Numbered from the stretch's first letter, positions 24,233 to 38,734 are shown. The stretch: DNA of 64,000 nt from Lobosporangium transversale (GCF_002105155.1 NW_019028980.1:1240001-1304000); one strand, 5' to 3'. The notes: generated from the sequence alone by a model not told the origin. Program-made: numbers and translations.

Positions 24233-25239
24233 TTACACGCGCTTTCTACGGCTTGCTTCTGCGACTTCCTTCTTCAATGGTCCAGGACCGGCTCTCTTGG
24301 AGTTGCGATCACCAGGGAAGACAACATTCATCCTGTGGCCCTTGAAGTCATAAAGCTGAATGCCCTTCTCGGGCAATTTGCCGTTCTTGACGCCCTGGAT
24401 GGTTACATCAGCGCAGCTGAGATGAAAAAAATAAAATAAAATAAAATAAAATTAATTAGAAACAGAAATTCATTGAACCAATAGGAATCAAAATAATTAC
24501 TCCACACGCAAAAAAGAAAGGAAAAAGAAAAAGGAGGAGAGAGACTTACTTGTGGTAGAACTGAGGAATCAAGGCAGCAGTCCAGCTCCAGACGAACAAG
24601 CATTGACCGGGCTTGTTGCAGGAAGGAACGTTATCGGGGATTCTGACGGGCCATTCATAGACAGCATCGGGGCAGGTCTTGGAGTAGGTTGCAATGAGAT
24701 GGTAGGTTCTGCCGTTGTTGTACGAGAGAGAGAACTCGCACAAGCCACCACCATGACGAGCCTGAGGGATTGACTTCTTGGGCAAGCGGCTGGCATCACG
24801 GATCGCTGAGGTCCAGAAACGGACAGGGACGAGTTGACCAGCCTTAAGAGCTGTTTTTGTTTAAAAATAAAAAAAGTGTTGTTTTTGGTAAGACATTTGC
24901 TAACCATTTGGGTAAATGGAATGTGATACAAAGAGCACAGCAAAAAAGAAGTTGTTTATGCGCCTTTTTTTTTTTTTTTTGTGTATTTTTGTAATTGTTT
25001 GTTTCCTTACGGGTAACAGGGCCCCTTGGGTATCCACCGCAAGGATACTTGAATCCACGGGAGCCGATGAACTCGTGAATTCTCCAATTGAAGTGCTTGG
25101 TGCCATATCCACCACGGGGAGGAGGATAGAGCAAGGCCATGTGGGCCTCTGCAGTGTTTTCAGGAAGGATGGAGGCCCCCAACAACAGAAGGGCTAGGCA
25201 CAAGAGCCAAGATGTATGGAATGATGCGAATGCCGCCAT
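24233..25239 (-). CDS. Secreted copper-dependent lytic polysaccharide monooxygenase, AA11-like, 237 aa; exons 25239-25011, 24850-24550, 24416-24233
   Basis: Signal peptide ending AEA, followed by mature N-terminal His (HMALLYPPPR). Second His in ARHGGGLCEFSLSY; also FVWSW and QFYHNCADV. Spliced length 714 nt, in frame. Confidence 0.8.
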
Positions 25240-26899
25240 TTGTTTATGTTGTTGCGGTATTATTGATGATGAATTGACTATGGTGATGGGTAGAGGGGGA
25301 AAGGTACGGGTTGTCGGATGTTGATGATGTTGATGAGGGATGTGTGAATGGGACCTTATTCAAAGTATGAAAGTGAGTGGTCGTTAGAAAGTCAAGGGAA
25401 AAAAGAAAAGAAAAAGAAAAAGAGACGCCGAGAAGGCAGGAATGGGTTGATGGATGAGATGAGTGAAGAAAAGAAAAGAGAAAAGAAAAAAAAAAAAAAA
25501 AAAAAAGAGAGAGAGATGTTTGTTCGGTCTAACGTTCTTTTATAGCATCAAGGTTTTTTTAAAAATGTTTATTCTATTTTATTTTATCTGCGAGATATTT
25601 TATTGGGGATGGATGGATGGGTTACACTGGAGACCTTACCTCATGTATGCATGCAAACAAATTAAACATGTTTTTATTTGAGCAAAAGAAAAAATTAAGG
25701 CCAAGAATAGACGGAGAAAAACCATTGGAATGAAAAAGAAAAAAGCAAAAAGGAGACAGTGGGGGGTCCAGGTCAAAAGTCAAAGTGTCCAGATGCTTGT
25801 CCCATACACAAGAAAGATGTAAATTAAATGGATGTAAACATATAAACATGTAAACATGGGATATTTTTACCATTACAATTAAGCAATTCTCGAACCATAA
25901 ACGATTAAACAATTAAAATAAGCCAACAACGAATCGGCGTGAACGGTCAGAACGGGCGTCAATGGCGTGGAATAAAAAAAAAAAAAGAAAAAGACAGGGT
26001 CCAGACAAAAATATACATATATATATACAACATTGTAAATAACTTATCTGGTATGGTTCTGTATTATCAGCTACATGTTCAATCTCATCCTTCATCAAGC
26101 CAGTTGTACTCCACCCTTTTATTTTATTTTATTTTGCTCTCTCTATCTGTCTCTCTTCTATGCTAGAGATGATTGCAATATGTATGAATCAGAAAGATTG
26201 TTGGCTATGATTCCATTCCCCCTGATGACCGTAGCTGTCTACAAAATGAAAAAAATGATGATTGATTCCTTCATCATTCGACCATTTAACATCATCTTTG
26301 ACCTCATGCTCTCTTTTTCAAAAAAAAAAAAAAAAAAAAAAATAGCTCATTACAGACATTGTAGCCTGTAAAAAAAAAAAAAAAAAAAAAAGAGCATGGT
26401 GTTCGTTGGTCTTTGTTTTTTCTAGATCTCCATTCTCAAGGTCATTTTATTCTTCTTCTTCTTTTTCATGATTAACCACGAGAGATGGAAGATGCTTTTG
26501 TTGAAAAATAATGAGCGGCTCCTTTCTGCTTGACACTGCCTTCGTTCAATTATCAATGTTCCATCCTAGAGGCTTTTTTTTTTGGGATGGATTATTTGTA
26601 CTTTGGCACTAGTAGGCACTATTTTGATCGAAAAAAGGGGTGATGGATTCAAACTAAAAAAGGAACTTTGGAGGTCGCAGGCACAAGCTTCTTTTTTGTG
26701 TGACCCCATGCAAAGGAGCTGTAGAAGTCTTTGTGCACGTTAAACATGTCCATGTCAATGCCCAAGCCTAGTCTGTGTAATTATAACTATTTCGTGTACA
26801 GTGTCTATCTTTATCTTTTGCTTTAGTCTGATATCCATCATTTCTATATAACAAACAACACTTTTTTCCCTCTTTTTGTTTTATATATACAATATGCAA

Positions 26900-26935
<36 letters not shown>

Positions 26936-28075
26936 GGTAACCTATTACTTGCTAACCTACTAGCCTACTATGCTTCTCTAGAAGGAAAAAGAAAAGTGAG
27001 CAAAAAGATAAGAATGAAGGGGGATTGGGAAAAGGGGCAGAGGTGGAGAAATATAAATCGATGAACAACGTTTTGTTCTTGTCATCCAATGCAGGGTCAG
27101 ACAAAATGACGAACGCGTTCACTCTCCAGCCTCAAGTCCTCCAATCTTCAGTTGTCAGACTTCTCCCCCCTTGTTCTTTATTTTAGCTTTTCTATGCTAC
27201 TGAGGATGTCCTCCTTACAAGTTCAGCAGCCATTTTGTTTCTGTCTCGTAACACGTGTGTAGGGGGAATGTGTAGAGCTGTACATTGATGCGTTTTATTT
27301 TTACTCTTATTTTTCCGTATGCTGCTTGCTTTAATGAGTGATTTTATTTTTTTTAATCGGATAAAAGGAGTGATCCACGTGCCCACTGAAATGAATGGTC
27401 GATAACTATGGCATTGAAATATATAGCCTTTAGAGGTGATAAATCGTAGTCCATACATGACAACAACCATGATGTCTTCACAGATGGAAACAGAAAGAGA
27501 TAAAGTCTCAGGAAACACAATGTTGCAGGCATTTTGCAACTTGCATTTAAGAAAAGAAAAAGAAGAAAGGGAAGTAACATGTAATTGAACAACCGTGAAT
27601 GTTGCCAATATTGAGTTTACAATAGGTATTGGCAAAGCATGTGACACAAGAAGAGTGCCGCAGTCAGTAAATCATCCAGGGTCCTATTCGGATTAAAAAG
27701 CTGATCTTACAATGATGATCTACTGATAAGAGATAGCACTCCCTCCTGCTGCCAATACCAATACCAATACCAATGCCAATGCCAATGCCAATGCCAATGT
27801 CAATGTGGCTACCCACTGTGGTACATGTGGATTCTGTAAGAGAAAGAAGGGGCTCATCTCATCTCATCCTCCAGCCCGTTATGGCGTAAAAGGATCAAAT
27901 GTGCTCTCATCTCCTGCCACGCGGCAATTCTTTCTTTTCGCCACCATTTTTTTTTCTTTTTTCTTTTTTCTTTTTTATTCAGCCCCGATTAACCAAAAAG
28001 TTCATGCGGGGAAAGAGTTGTTCATTTTACATTCAACAAAGCATTCTCTTCTCCATTCCTTCTTTCCTTTCCACA

Positions 28076-28110
<35 letters not shown>

Positions 28111-28335
28111 AAACAATTACGCGTACTACAATTGATTGTTCTTTTTTCACGATCACTTTTTTTTTTTTTTTGTATTCCAAAAGTCCCATGTACATGCGCA
28201 ACCTTCCTTCTCTCTGAGCCCCTCTCTCGCACCCTCTGAGCCCTTTTCCTTTCCTTTTTCTTCTCCTCCATTCTTCCTTCCTTCCTGTGTGTGTATGCTG
28301 TGTTGCATTGTGCTGTGTTTGTCTATAGAAGTCAA

Positions 28336-29172
28336 ATGTCACCTCATGTTCATACCAACTCTACTTCAACATTCAGCCCTCCTCCTACCCCAACTCCTTC
28401 TCCTGGACCCTTGAGTTGCCTCAACCAAATCTCTCCCCCATCTTCTCCTACCAACATGAACATGGCCTCTACGACCACAAATGCTACTGCCACTGCCACC
28501 GCTACTGCGACCATAGCCTCTTTAATGACTAGAGCTACAGGAACAGTCAAAAAACGTTCACGGCCTCAGGAAGAGTTTGCACAACAGGCGCGTAAAAAAG
28601 TCGCAGGGGAACTCATCACCTTTGAGTAAGTTTTTTTTTTTTTTACAAAAAAAAAAAAAAACATTAATGGGTGAATGGTAAATGTAAGGGGCGAGGAAAT
28701 AGGGGGGAGGGCGCAGAATAGAGAATAATAGGGGAGCAGAGTTCTTTCCCAGCCCTTGAATGAACAGGGCAAGGGAAGAACAAGGCAAAGCATGACAGAA
28801 CAACACTGAGCTGAGCTGGGCTGGACTGCGCTGGACTGCGCTGGTCTGGGCTGGGCTGAACTAGACTGAACCAAGTCTTGCCTTGAGCCTCACAGTTGAA
28901 TTATAATTACCAATTCTCGTCTTTGGTCCAAGATTCTCTCATCAATTCATGAATGGCGATTGCAAAATTAAAAAAGGAAGGAAAGAAGCACTAACACTTT
29001 AAAATATTATCCATCTTTTTTTATTGTTTTCACTTTTACTAGTTTTCAGTCGCTTTCATTAAGCAATCCTGATGGATCGGCAATACAAAATAACATTCAT
29101 GGTACGGGATCATATCTTCAGATATGTCCTCCAGTTCAACAACAAAGTCCTCAGATACAACCGCTACAGTCA

Positions 29173-29207
<35 letters not shown>

Positions 29208-30957
29208 GTTAGAAGATTATCGTAGAGTCAACTTCTTTCAGCAACAACAGCAGCAGCAGCAACAACAACAGCAACAGCAACAGCAGCAGCAGCGTGGTCG
29301 TGCTAAAAGCAGTCCAGCTGGACCCCTCTCAACAAGAGGTCAAGGATCTGTAATATCAGCGGCGTATCCATCTCAACAACATCAGCATCAGTCTCAGCAT
29401 CAACATCATCATATAGATACCACAGTCATAAATCCGACCGGTGTTCCGTCTCCACCATTGTCATCGCCGAATTCTCCATCAATCCCTGTACCTCCGACCT
29501 CACTTGATACGATGATGATAATGATGATGGACGATAGTAAGCTTGATATGGCGAGTCAGGAGCAATCTCAAAGACAAAGAAATGGTAGCGATGATCCGAT
29601 GACAGAGGTTGTAAGTGTACCGTCTCCACCATCTTCATTATCATCATCAGAGGTCAAAGTCCTAAATTTGAGACAGAGGAAATGGAACAGTGTCAGAAAA
29701 GAATGGCAGGAGTGGCACGAAGTCCAGGCGACCCATACTCCAGACTCTTCATCTATCACCGCACATTTGCAAGCATCGGCCTCTGATGGTAAGTCCATAA
29801 GCAGTGGTCGTAATAATATGGGAATGAACAACTGCATATGCACTGGCTAATGAAGAAGGATGTCTTTATTTTTATTTAAAGGCGTTCGAACCAAACTCAC
29901 AACGGATCAGAGTATGTCTGAACAATGGACTGGCAAGGAACGCTCGTATGAAAGTCCACCAACGATGCCTTGTTTTTCGTCATCTGGAGGTAGTCTTGGT
30001 CGTCAACGATCATTCCATGGAGCGGAAGAAAAACCTAAACCGGATTCCCATGGAGATCAAACTACCGACTCACGAAGCTCATTTGGTGCTAGGGCAAGAT
30101 CGTTCAGCGAGACCAATATTTATCCGTATCCTCAATTGCAGCATCAAACCCAAGGCGAGCAGCAACAGCAACAGCAACAAGAGCAACATAATCCGTACAT
30201 TTTACCACAGCATTCACAGCCAACTTCCTCATATTATCAATCACTAATACATCAAAGAGTGGACCAAGCCTCTGGACAATCATCGAATGGGCACCAACAA
30301 CAAACAGATCGCATGCGGCCTGGGCCATCAAGCAATATTCATCATCAACACGCTTTGATGGGTCTGTCTATGACATCTATGGACGGAACCATGAACATTC
30401 CTAGTGATCGTTTTTCGAGGCTGACATCCAATTCATCAGCCTCTGCATCTGTATCTGCATCGGGGTCAGCATCAGCATCGCCTGTGGCATCGTTATCGCC
30501 AGTGCATGCTGGTCCTCAGTCAATGTCGATGTTGTCATCGCCTTCGCCATCATCATCTTCTCAAGGCGTAAGAGCAGAAGAGACGGGCACGCCGTCATGG
30601 AATCAGCAACTGCCTAGGTCACAGAACTTATACCACGAGAGCTATAGCAACAGCGTGACGGTAAGAAATGGAAATTATGGACGAAGTAGTCCAGTAAACA
30701 TGTATACGCATTACGGACAACAGCAACAGCAGCAACATCAATACTATGGCTATCATCATCAAAGCCACCAAGAAGATGTATCAATGGGAGAAGAAGCAAG
30801 TTTACGGTCCACGATGCCCTCGCGGTCATCATCCCCGGCGCCATGTTTATCAATGGCTCAGACAGTTACTCGACCTTTGAGCATTTCGTTTTCTCACCTC
30901 GCAGGAGCCAACATGCTCGGTAATCTGTCCGAGCATGACGATGATATGGAGCTCTGA
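28336..30957 (+). CDS. Gln/Ser/His-rich, probably disordered protein of unknown function, 703 aa; exons 28336-28625, 29043-29788, 29882-30957
   Basis: Canonical GTAAG donors and AG acceptors give one 2112-nt open frame with CAG/CAA poly-Gln tracts and a basic NLS-like KKRSRP...RKK. No domain recognised. Confidence 0.7.
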
Positions 30958-31434
30958 TTTTTTTTTTTATCATTATATTTGCTTTCTCATTCTTTGTATT
31001 GTACATAGGTAGCCTTTTTTTTTTTTTTTTTTTTTTTTTGTATGCTCCATGTAAACAGCTTTTCAATTGTCTCCCATCTTTGTAACACTAGACTTTTTAT
31101 TTTTATTTCTTTATTTATTATATATTTACCTTACCCATCTCAACTAAATATATAACAAAGAGATATTCTTTCGTATACCATTGGTGTCTACATTTACATT
31201 AGTCAATGCTGACTGTGAGAACGTGAGAATTGGTGAATCAAATAGCGGCGTGAGTAAAGTTTAAAAAAAACTTTTTTTTGATAATGAAGCAGTATCGCTT
31301 ACGACTTTTACTGCAGGATCTTGAAAGAAAGCTACCCCGGAACACGATCTACTTGAAAGACTGTATGACGTGAAAGGATTCGTGTCTGGGGCACTTTGTT
31401 TAGATGGTGTAGAAAATATTTCTAGAGGCGCAAA

Positions 31435-34400
31435 GGTCGAGGTTTGTGCATAACATCATTACTTCTCACCTTAAATATCTTTTGTTTACAGAGTTCATGC
31501 TGGAGTTCAGAGAAACTTTTTACAGAACGTTTGTATCATTGAAGGCCTGGTACTGAGGGAATAGCAGCCTGGCAAGTAAACCATATAGCTATCTTATTGT
31601 AGAAATGAGATAAATAACTAAATAACTAAAAACTGTGAAAGCATGGAAACCTCACTCTACTAGTCCGACATGTATACTCCTCTCATGGTGCTGATCAGTT
31701 ACTATCAGATTTGATGTTTAAACCACTTAGGATGAAATGTGCATCTCCACACTTGTCGCATTCGCTACATTTGCTACAAATGAATTAATATCCCTTACTT
31801 TCTCCACTTTTAGGCCTTGCTCTGACCCTGTCCCTCTTTGAGGTCGTATCCAACACATTGCTTTCCACTTCTCCGGTCCTAGGTAGCGTAGATGTCGCTG
31901 TATTGGTCTCATAGCTTGCTTTTTTAGAAGTCGGGCACTGCACTGGGTCACCAACAGCTTCATGTTGTTCCAAAAGCTTTCTGTTAGCTTCACTCAACCC
32001 AGATACATCTCGAATGTTTACTTTGTGAGCGTTAAAAGGCTGTTGCTCCGTGCTCCACTTCAGTCGGATATGGCACTGGCCATACTCATCCTTAACAATC
32101 CGCCACATCCGGATAGAGCCACCTTCATATGCTGTTACTAGAAAGTGACCTTCTCCGGTAACATTCCATGCAAGGCTTGTAATACCTTTGTATATATTCG
32201 GGAGAACAGCCAAGCACTGGGCTAACTTTGCGTCCCATAGTTGTACAACTGTATATTCACCAAGTGAGGCGAAGTACTGGCCATCGCTAGAATAAGAAAA
32301 GCTTATACGTCCGGCATGTCCTTCAAGTATATGTAACACCACCCCTGATTCTGTATCCACCACGCTAATTGATCCACTATAAGCCCCAACAGCCACCAGC
32401 TGGCTGGATGGTGAGAATGCAATGAATCGTTGTTGACAATCGAAATTCGTTTCGGAACAAAGCTCGCCTGTTTCTGCATTCAGTAGCTGGAGGATATTGT
32501 CGTTCTGAATCAGTGCTATCTTCTGGCTGTCAGGCGAGTAAACCATTGAATGACTGCCCCTAAACTCATAAAGATAGTTCCCTGAATGCGCTACCCAGAC
32601 TTTGACTATATCACCTTGACCGCGACAAGTAATCTGGCGACCACAAGGTGAGAATAATATATCCCACAAATCGCCCCCATACTGCAAAGTACACACGAGC
32701 TTTTCAGCTTGTGTGTCCCATACATCTACTTGTCCACTTTTATAGCCAATTGCAATTTGGTGGCCAACTGGTGAAATATCAAAGGCATTGATCTCATCGC
32801 TTTTGGCTTGTGATTCCAAGACAAGGGCAGGCTGGCCTGTTCCAGTATCCAGAAGGTGAACACGATGATCACTGTAGTCATAAAATGCAAGCAGCTGACC
32901 ATCAGATGAATACTTGATGCCAAATGCTTTGTTTTTCAAGGCGCGAACACATTGTCCTGTTCGACTATCCCATACACGCACTGTACCGTCATCGTAACTG
33001 CATGTGGCCATGTACTTCCCATCCGGTGAAAGCCTTGGTGTGTCGATATCAGATATATGACCATAGGACACATGTCTAGATTGGCCTGATTGTGTGTCCC
33101 ACAGTCGTATCGTTCCATCTTCGCTGAATGATGCAAGCTGATGGTTGTTTGGCGAATATGTCACATCACATATCATGTTAGGGTGAGCATAAAGTGCGTT
33201 TAGTTGTCCTGATCGAGCATCAAAAATGCGTACTCTATGGTAATAAGCTATAGCTATCTGTTCTCCATTTGGTGAATATTTCAAGCATTTGATGTAAGTG
33301 GTATGGCCTTTAAAAGTATAGATGACTTCTCTTGTTTGCATATTCCACTGATATGCTGCATCCATGGAAAACGTAGTGGCATATTTCCCATCAGGTGAAT
33401 ACTGAATACCCTTAACGGATTGTCCTTTATGCCACAAAGTCCACTTCTTCTGACCAGACCTAGCATCCCATACATCTAGTGACCTACTGTCGTCATAGCG
33501 AGTGATGATCTCCTGGCTGTTAGGTGAATATACAATTTGCAAGAGTTGAGATTCCATATCTTGGAGTATCAGAATGAGCTCTCCTGATACCGCATCCCAT
33601 AGCCGCACTATCTTGTCTTCGCCTCCAGTTGCAATCTGCTTCCCATCTGGCGAATACACCACGCTTTTCACCGCACCAGTATGGCCCTCTAATGTGTATT
33701 TGATTGTGCCTGACTTGGTATCCCACAGATGTACTGGTCCATCCTTGCTTCCTGAGACGAGATGATTTCCATCAGGTGAGTATACTACACATTCGACAGT
33801 GCCTGCATGGCCTTCTAACTTATGAACTTCTACCCCTGATATTATATCAAACACATAAACCACACTGTCGCCTCTGTACCATATGGCAATGTGTCTACTG
33901 TCTGGGGAGTATGTAAAATTGATGGAGCGGCTTTCGTACTTATTGATCCCCAAAGTCATACACTTCTCCCATGTCAGAGTATCATATATGCTGACATGGC
34001 TCTTTTCGATGTCACGATTATACACAGCTGCAGCTAATGTCTTGCCATCAGGCGAGTATGACCCTTTCTCTGCATTCCCCTCTTCTTTCAGGAATGCCCA
34101 TTCTCCAAACTGTACACCTGACATCTTTGCTCCACTCAGATCTGCCTTCTGAAGCCAACAGCCTCGAAGATCGACTTTTCTCAAGTCTGCTCCTTGTAGT
34201 TGAGCACTATCAAATATACCATGGCTAAGGTCGGCTCCTGGGATCTGGATACCTCGCAAGTCTGCTTCGCTGAACGACTCTCTTGCTCGGACCAGTATCG
34301 TCATTGCATTTGCTGCTGCTATCCGCCATCTCTTGTCGCTCTTCGATAGCTCAACATACTCATACAGCTGCTGCTTGAACTTTGGTTCAATCTCAACACG

Positions 34401-37400
34401 CTCTTTCAGGAACTCAAGGATCGATGGCTCATCCACAAAGCTTCTCCACACCAAAGGTGATGTCTCATCTGCTTTTGTTGAGTCAAGTTCATCCCCATAT
34501 GCTTTAATCCCTTCCACTTCAAAGCTGAATACAGAGCTGACACTCTGTCGGCGACATTTCAGTGCTGTTGCTGCTACTGTATCACCTGCAGCCGTATTCA
34601 TCTCTTTCCGTGGTTCGAACATCGCTCGTACCACACAGTACTCCAGAATAGACCGATGCACAAACCGATACTGATTGCCTGTACGGCTCAGAGGTGATGC
34701 TTCTCGAAGGAGGTGTTTCTTGCTTCCTCGGCTAAAGTACTCTCTCTTCCATGCTTCTTTGCGCTTGCATGGGTACTCCACCACTGGGTTGCCATCTTGA
34801 TGCTCGTAGATTGCTACTGCCAGTTCTGTCAAGTACCTAATCCCATTCTTTGCGAACCCTTCCTCACACAGTATCTGGAGCATCTCTCTATCTGTGCTAT
34901 CTGTTGTCGATATCTCACTTAGTCGCTTCTTGCCTCGTTCGATCCACGACTCAATGAACTGATCATACAGTGTGATGCGCTTGACCTGTGTTGTGGAGAT
35001 GCCTTGATGTGGGTCTATCATTCGTGGCAGCACTTGTAGTGCCATCGATAGTATGAATGGGTTCTTTACAAGCTCTTGTAGACTAGGGACCATCTTGAGT
35101 GCACACTGATAGTCCTCCACACTCCACAATATGCCTATACTTGCGACATACTGTTTGATGTACTCATCGATCTGCCTCCCAGAGAATGGTACAATCACAG
35201 CTTCTTGGAACAATCCAGCATCTGCTTGGTGGTTGCGGTCCATAGGCTGGAAGCGACTTCGATAGTCTACTCCAAGATACTCACTGCGACAGCTGATCAC
35301 CATCTGACACATCCATTCGCCAGCATGGTTGAGGTTGTTGGTAACATACAGGTTCTTGGTCTGCATGGTCTCATCATATCCATCACACACCAAGATCAAT
35401 GACCGACTCCTCTTCAGTTCCTTGATCTGCTCACTCGTGAAGTCATACATCCGCAATTGCTTTGCAACCATATCTTTTGTTGGGTCATCGATGGCTGGCA
35501 GGTTAATGAACAGTGGGATGCGGCCATGGTTCTTTTGATACGCTTCCCACAGAGTGGACTCTAGATTGCGGTTGAATGTCGACTTGCCTGCTCCTGAATC
35601 ACCTTGGATGAGCAGCACTTTCTGCTCGCTCTTCAAGAACTCGTTCACTTTGTCCATCAATAGGAACGATTCGTCATCACTAGCTTGAGGATTCGCTTTG
35701 GCATATTGGTCAATGTAGAAGAACCTGTCGCCTCTTGTCTCCATCCGCTGTTGCTTGAGTAAACGTATGCTCTTCTCCACATCAGGCTTATTCTGTGCAC
35801 GATCGAGCAGTGATGGAGATGCAGGTGAAGGCAAGGTGGCAGTGAAAAGATGCTGTGTTGTTGGCTCATTGATATCTCTATCCGCAGCAAGGTCATGGAG
35901 GAGTGTCTCTGCAGCTACAGAGGAATACATGTGGAACATAGTGTACTATGCTTATTAGTATCGCTGCTTTTTGCAACTGAACCAACGACCTAATATTGAG
36001 GTAGCATGACTACTCACCTTGCAGGCCATCCTTCGTCGACAAGGCCAGCCTCTTGAGGATAAATATAATCCATTACTTGATCTCAGGATGGTGACCCCAA
36101 TCATTGTCATTCTTGTATATCTCTCCAAGGAGAGCGACTGCATCTTCTCGAATTTCAAGGGTCGACTCTGTGTTGGCTGCAAGCTGTCCTAAGCGCTGAC
36201 ATAGACCCCATTGGAACTCTAGCCTTTGTCGACAAGGTGACTTATACACAAGGGCCTTGAACTTGACGATCTCGCCTGTCTGGAGGAATGCATCAATTCC
36301 ACGGAGTGCAGGATACCATGCACTCTTGTGACTAAAGCTGAGTCCTTCTTCCATACACTGCTTGAATGTAACCCCACTCTCATACAGTGAAACTGCGTTG
36401 TTGTACATACTCAAACTCTTGTCAATAGCTCTTGTCACAGATGGAAGCTGCTTTTGAATGTTGGTTAGCTCGTCCATAAAGACATTTAGATCCAGGTCTT
36501 TGATTGCACTCACTACTCCAAACACTCCTCGAGCCACTGCTGATGTACGCCGAAGCATAGCTTGCATTAGCGTCTCATCATTTGGGATATATAGCAAAGC
36601 TTGAGAAGCATAGGCTGCATGGTATGCCAGGTGAGGATCAGAGCTCTCTTGTAGTTCTTTCAAGTAGGCTGCTAGTGGTTCATGGAGTTGTTCTCGCTTC
36701 AGACCCTTGACTTGGTTGTCGACCATGGCATCCAGCACATGTGAGACTGTCACACACAGTTGATAGATGTGACTGCCACACTGTGAATGCGTGCTTTGTA
36801 AGCGAGAACTGAGGATATTGAGGATGTTGACCAGATCATCAGAATCGAGGTATCCAGGAGAAGCATGCTGCATCAGCTGAGCCAGTCCTTCGAGCAAATG
36901 AGTATCCAGCATGATATTCTGACTGATTCTGTTGATCAAGGCCATGAGCACTGCCCTGTATTGATCATAGTCAAGGACTGGAGCCAGCATCACAACCTCA
37001 GCAACAGCAGGCCCATTCTTGACACTCTCCTGGATGAAGATTGCAATGACATCTGAAGCCAGGTTGTAAAGTCGGAGTTGCTCATCTTGATCATTCGATA
37101 TGGCTAGGAACCACTGTTGCTCCTGGTCTGTGAGAGCAGTCAGTGATCGATGTGCGGTGTGAAGCAGACTAAGGCAGTAGACAAGCTGATGGGTACTATC
37201 CAGATGAGCACCTAGGTCAGGCAGACTGTACTTGTGCACCACTGGAGGGACATCGTGGTCAAATATTTCTTTTGAGGAAGTTGGAGGCTTATGGGTTGTA
37301 GAGGCCTCTGGTGCTTTGATAACATTGTCCGCTCCATTGGTATGGGCATTGGTACTTTGTTGAGCACTTTTGTTACTGTTGCTATTGACGCTGTTGTCAC

Positions 37401-38212
37401 TTTGAGTACCATTGCTGTTGCTGCTTTCATTATTGTTACAATCGTGATCATCTTTGCTTATGTTGGCAGGTTGGTGAAGCGTATGAGAACTGTCTGAAGC
37501 TAGATTGGCTTGTCGTACATGACCCCATTCGGCTGCGTACTTGTGGCCTCTTTTCGAATGATCTGGATGACCAAGATTGTCGAATAGCTCACCGATATCA
37601 TTCAGAGCAGCACCGATTGTTTTACACAATGTTTTATCTGTTGAGGCTGAGAGAAGAGACTTTCGTTCAGACCGGTGTATTCGAGAAAGAGCACTCTCAG
37701 CATCCAAACAGATCTCCAAAGCGAGCACAGGGTCGTTTGTCTTGTGTGCATGTTCCAAGTAGATGGTAGCAAGGTCTAAGGCTTTTTGAGGTAGGAGCTG
37801 ACTCCGTTTGGGCATGCTTTGCATCCATCTCATTTCTTCTTCTTTTCTTTCCCAGCCAGAAGTCGGTTAAAGCAATAGTGATTTGTTAGATTGATGACGT
37901 TTCATTAGCAAAGCAACCAACCAACTAGTTAATCGTAGTGAAGGAAGCCTTACAATGAAGGACTTGAGAACATGAATGGTGTATAAGATAGTCTACAATA
38001 CGACGGAGAAGTCGAGTAATATAAAAGGGAGAGGGGAGAATGGGAAAGAACAGTGAAAGGAGAAAAAAAAAAAAAGAGAGCAGTTCGACACCTCAACGAT
38101 GGGGAACAAGGTGGCGAAGGCGGTTAAAATAAATAAAGAAATAAATATACACAATGGTATAATATTTCTTTGAAGCGACATCTTTACGAACACCATGGCT
38201 TTTTTTGCATAC
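31435..38212. repeat. Left arm of a ~6.8-kb inverted duplication (NLR-D plus flanks)
   Basis: Its reverse complement aligns with 43266-50078 across promoter, CDS, intron and 3' flank (e.g. TTCTCTGAACTCCAGCATG, CATTTCTACAATAAG). Ends approximate. Confidence 0.85.
31785..37833 (-). pseudogene. NLR-D: near-copy of NLR-E with an in-frame TAA at 36075-36073; exons 37833-36018 and 35914-31785; NACHT-WD40 exon fully open
   Basis: GAG ATC AAG TAA TGG versus GAG ATC AAG CAA TGG in NLR-E. The 103-nt intron 36017-35915 is homologous to that of NLR-E. No other frame disruption seen before the terminal stop. Confidence 0.8.
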
Positions 38213-38734
38213 AAGTGTCTGTTTTCATGCATTTTGGAGAAAAAGAATAAACAAGACGCATGAAAGATCTATAGTATTTGCGGTCACCCTGCCCCGACAC
38301 CATGTGAAAAAAAAAAAAAAAAAAAAAAAACTATGAAATATCACACTCCTTTTCCATACACCCATCCTTGCCAGAAAACTCATCCTCACATAGGAATATA
38401 AAATAAAGAAACACATCACACACGCACATTCATTTATCTACACCACCATATCTTTAGCATCCACTACCACCAAGACAACCAGGGCTTCCAAGGCCACACT
38501 TCAAGCCACCAGACGCTGATTAGTCTATGAACACATTGGAAACGTCTTTCCTTTGGTATGCTTCTTTGTGTCACATCACATTAAACTGGGTTTTAGATTA
38601 TTGGCGTACAATTGAACTCTTTATTCCTTTCCCAAGAACAATTGACATTAGACATTAGACATTAGACATTAATTAAACATTTTGTAATTTACATTCTGCT
38701 CTCATTCTGCTCCCCTATTCGCTATTTTCCATTC

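Noticed and set aside
25300..28300. Many short Lys/Phe-rich ORFs in the long intergenic region
   Set aside because: Products of poly-A/T tracts, with no splice-consistent model or recognisable motif. No tRNA or rRNA was recognised here or elsewhere in the window.
31785..36075. Two CAA to TAA changes in NLR-D suggesting repeat-induced point mutation (RIP)
   Set aside because: Other D/E differences I checked go in both directions and include transversions, long frames remain open, and RIP is characterised mainly in Dikarya. A full substitution spectrum would be needed.
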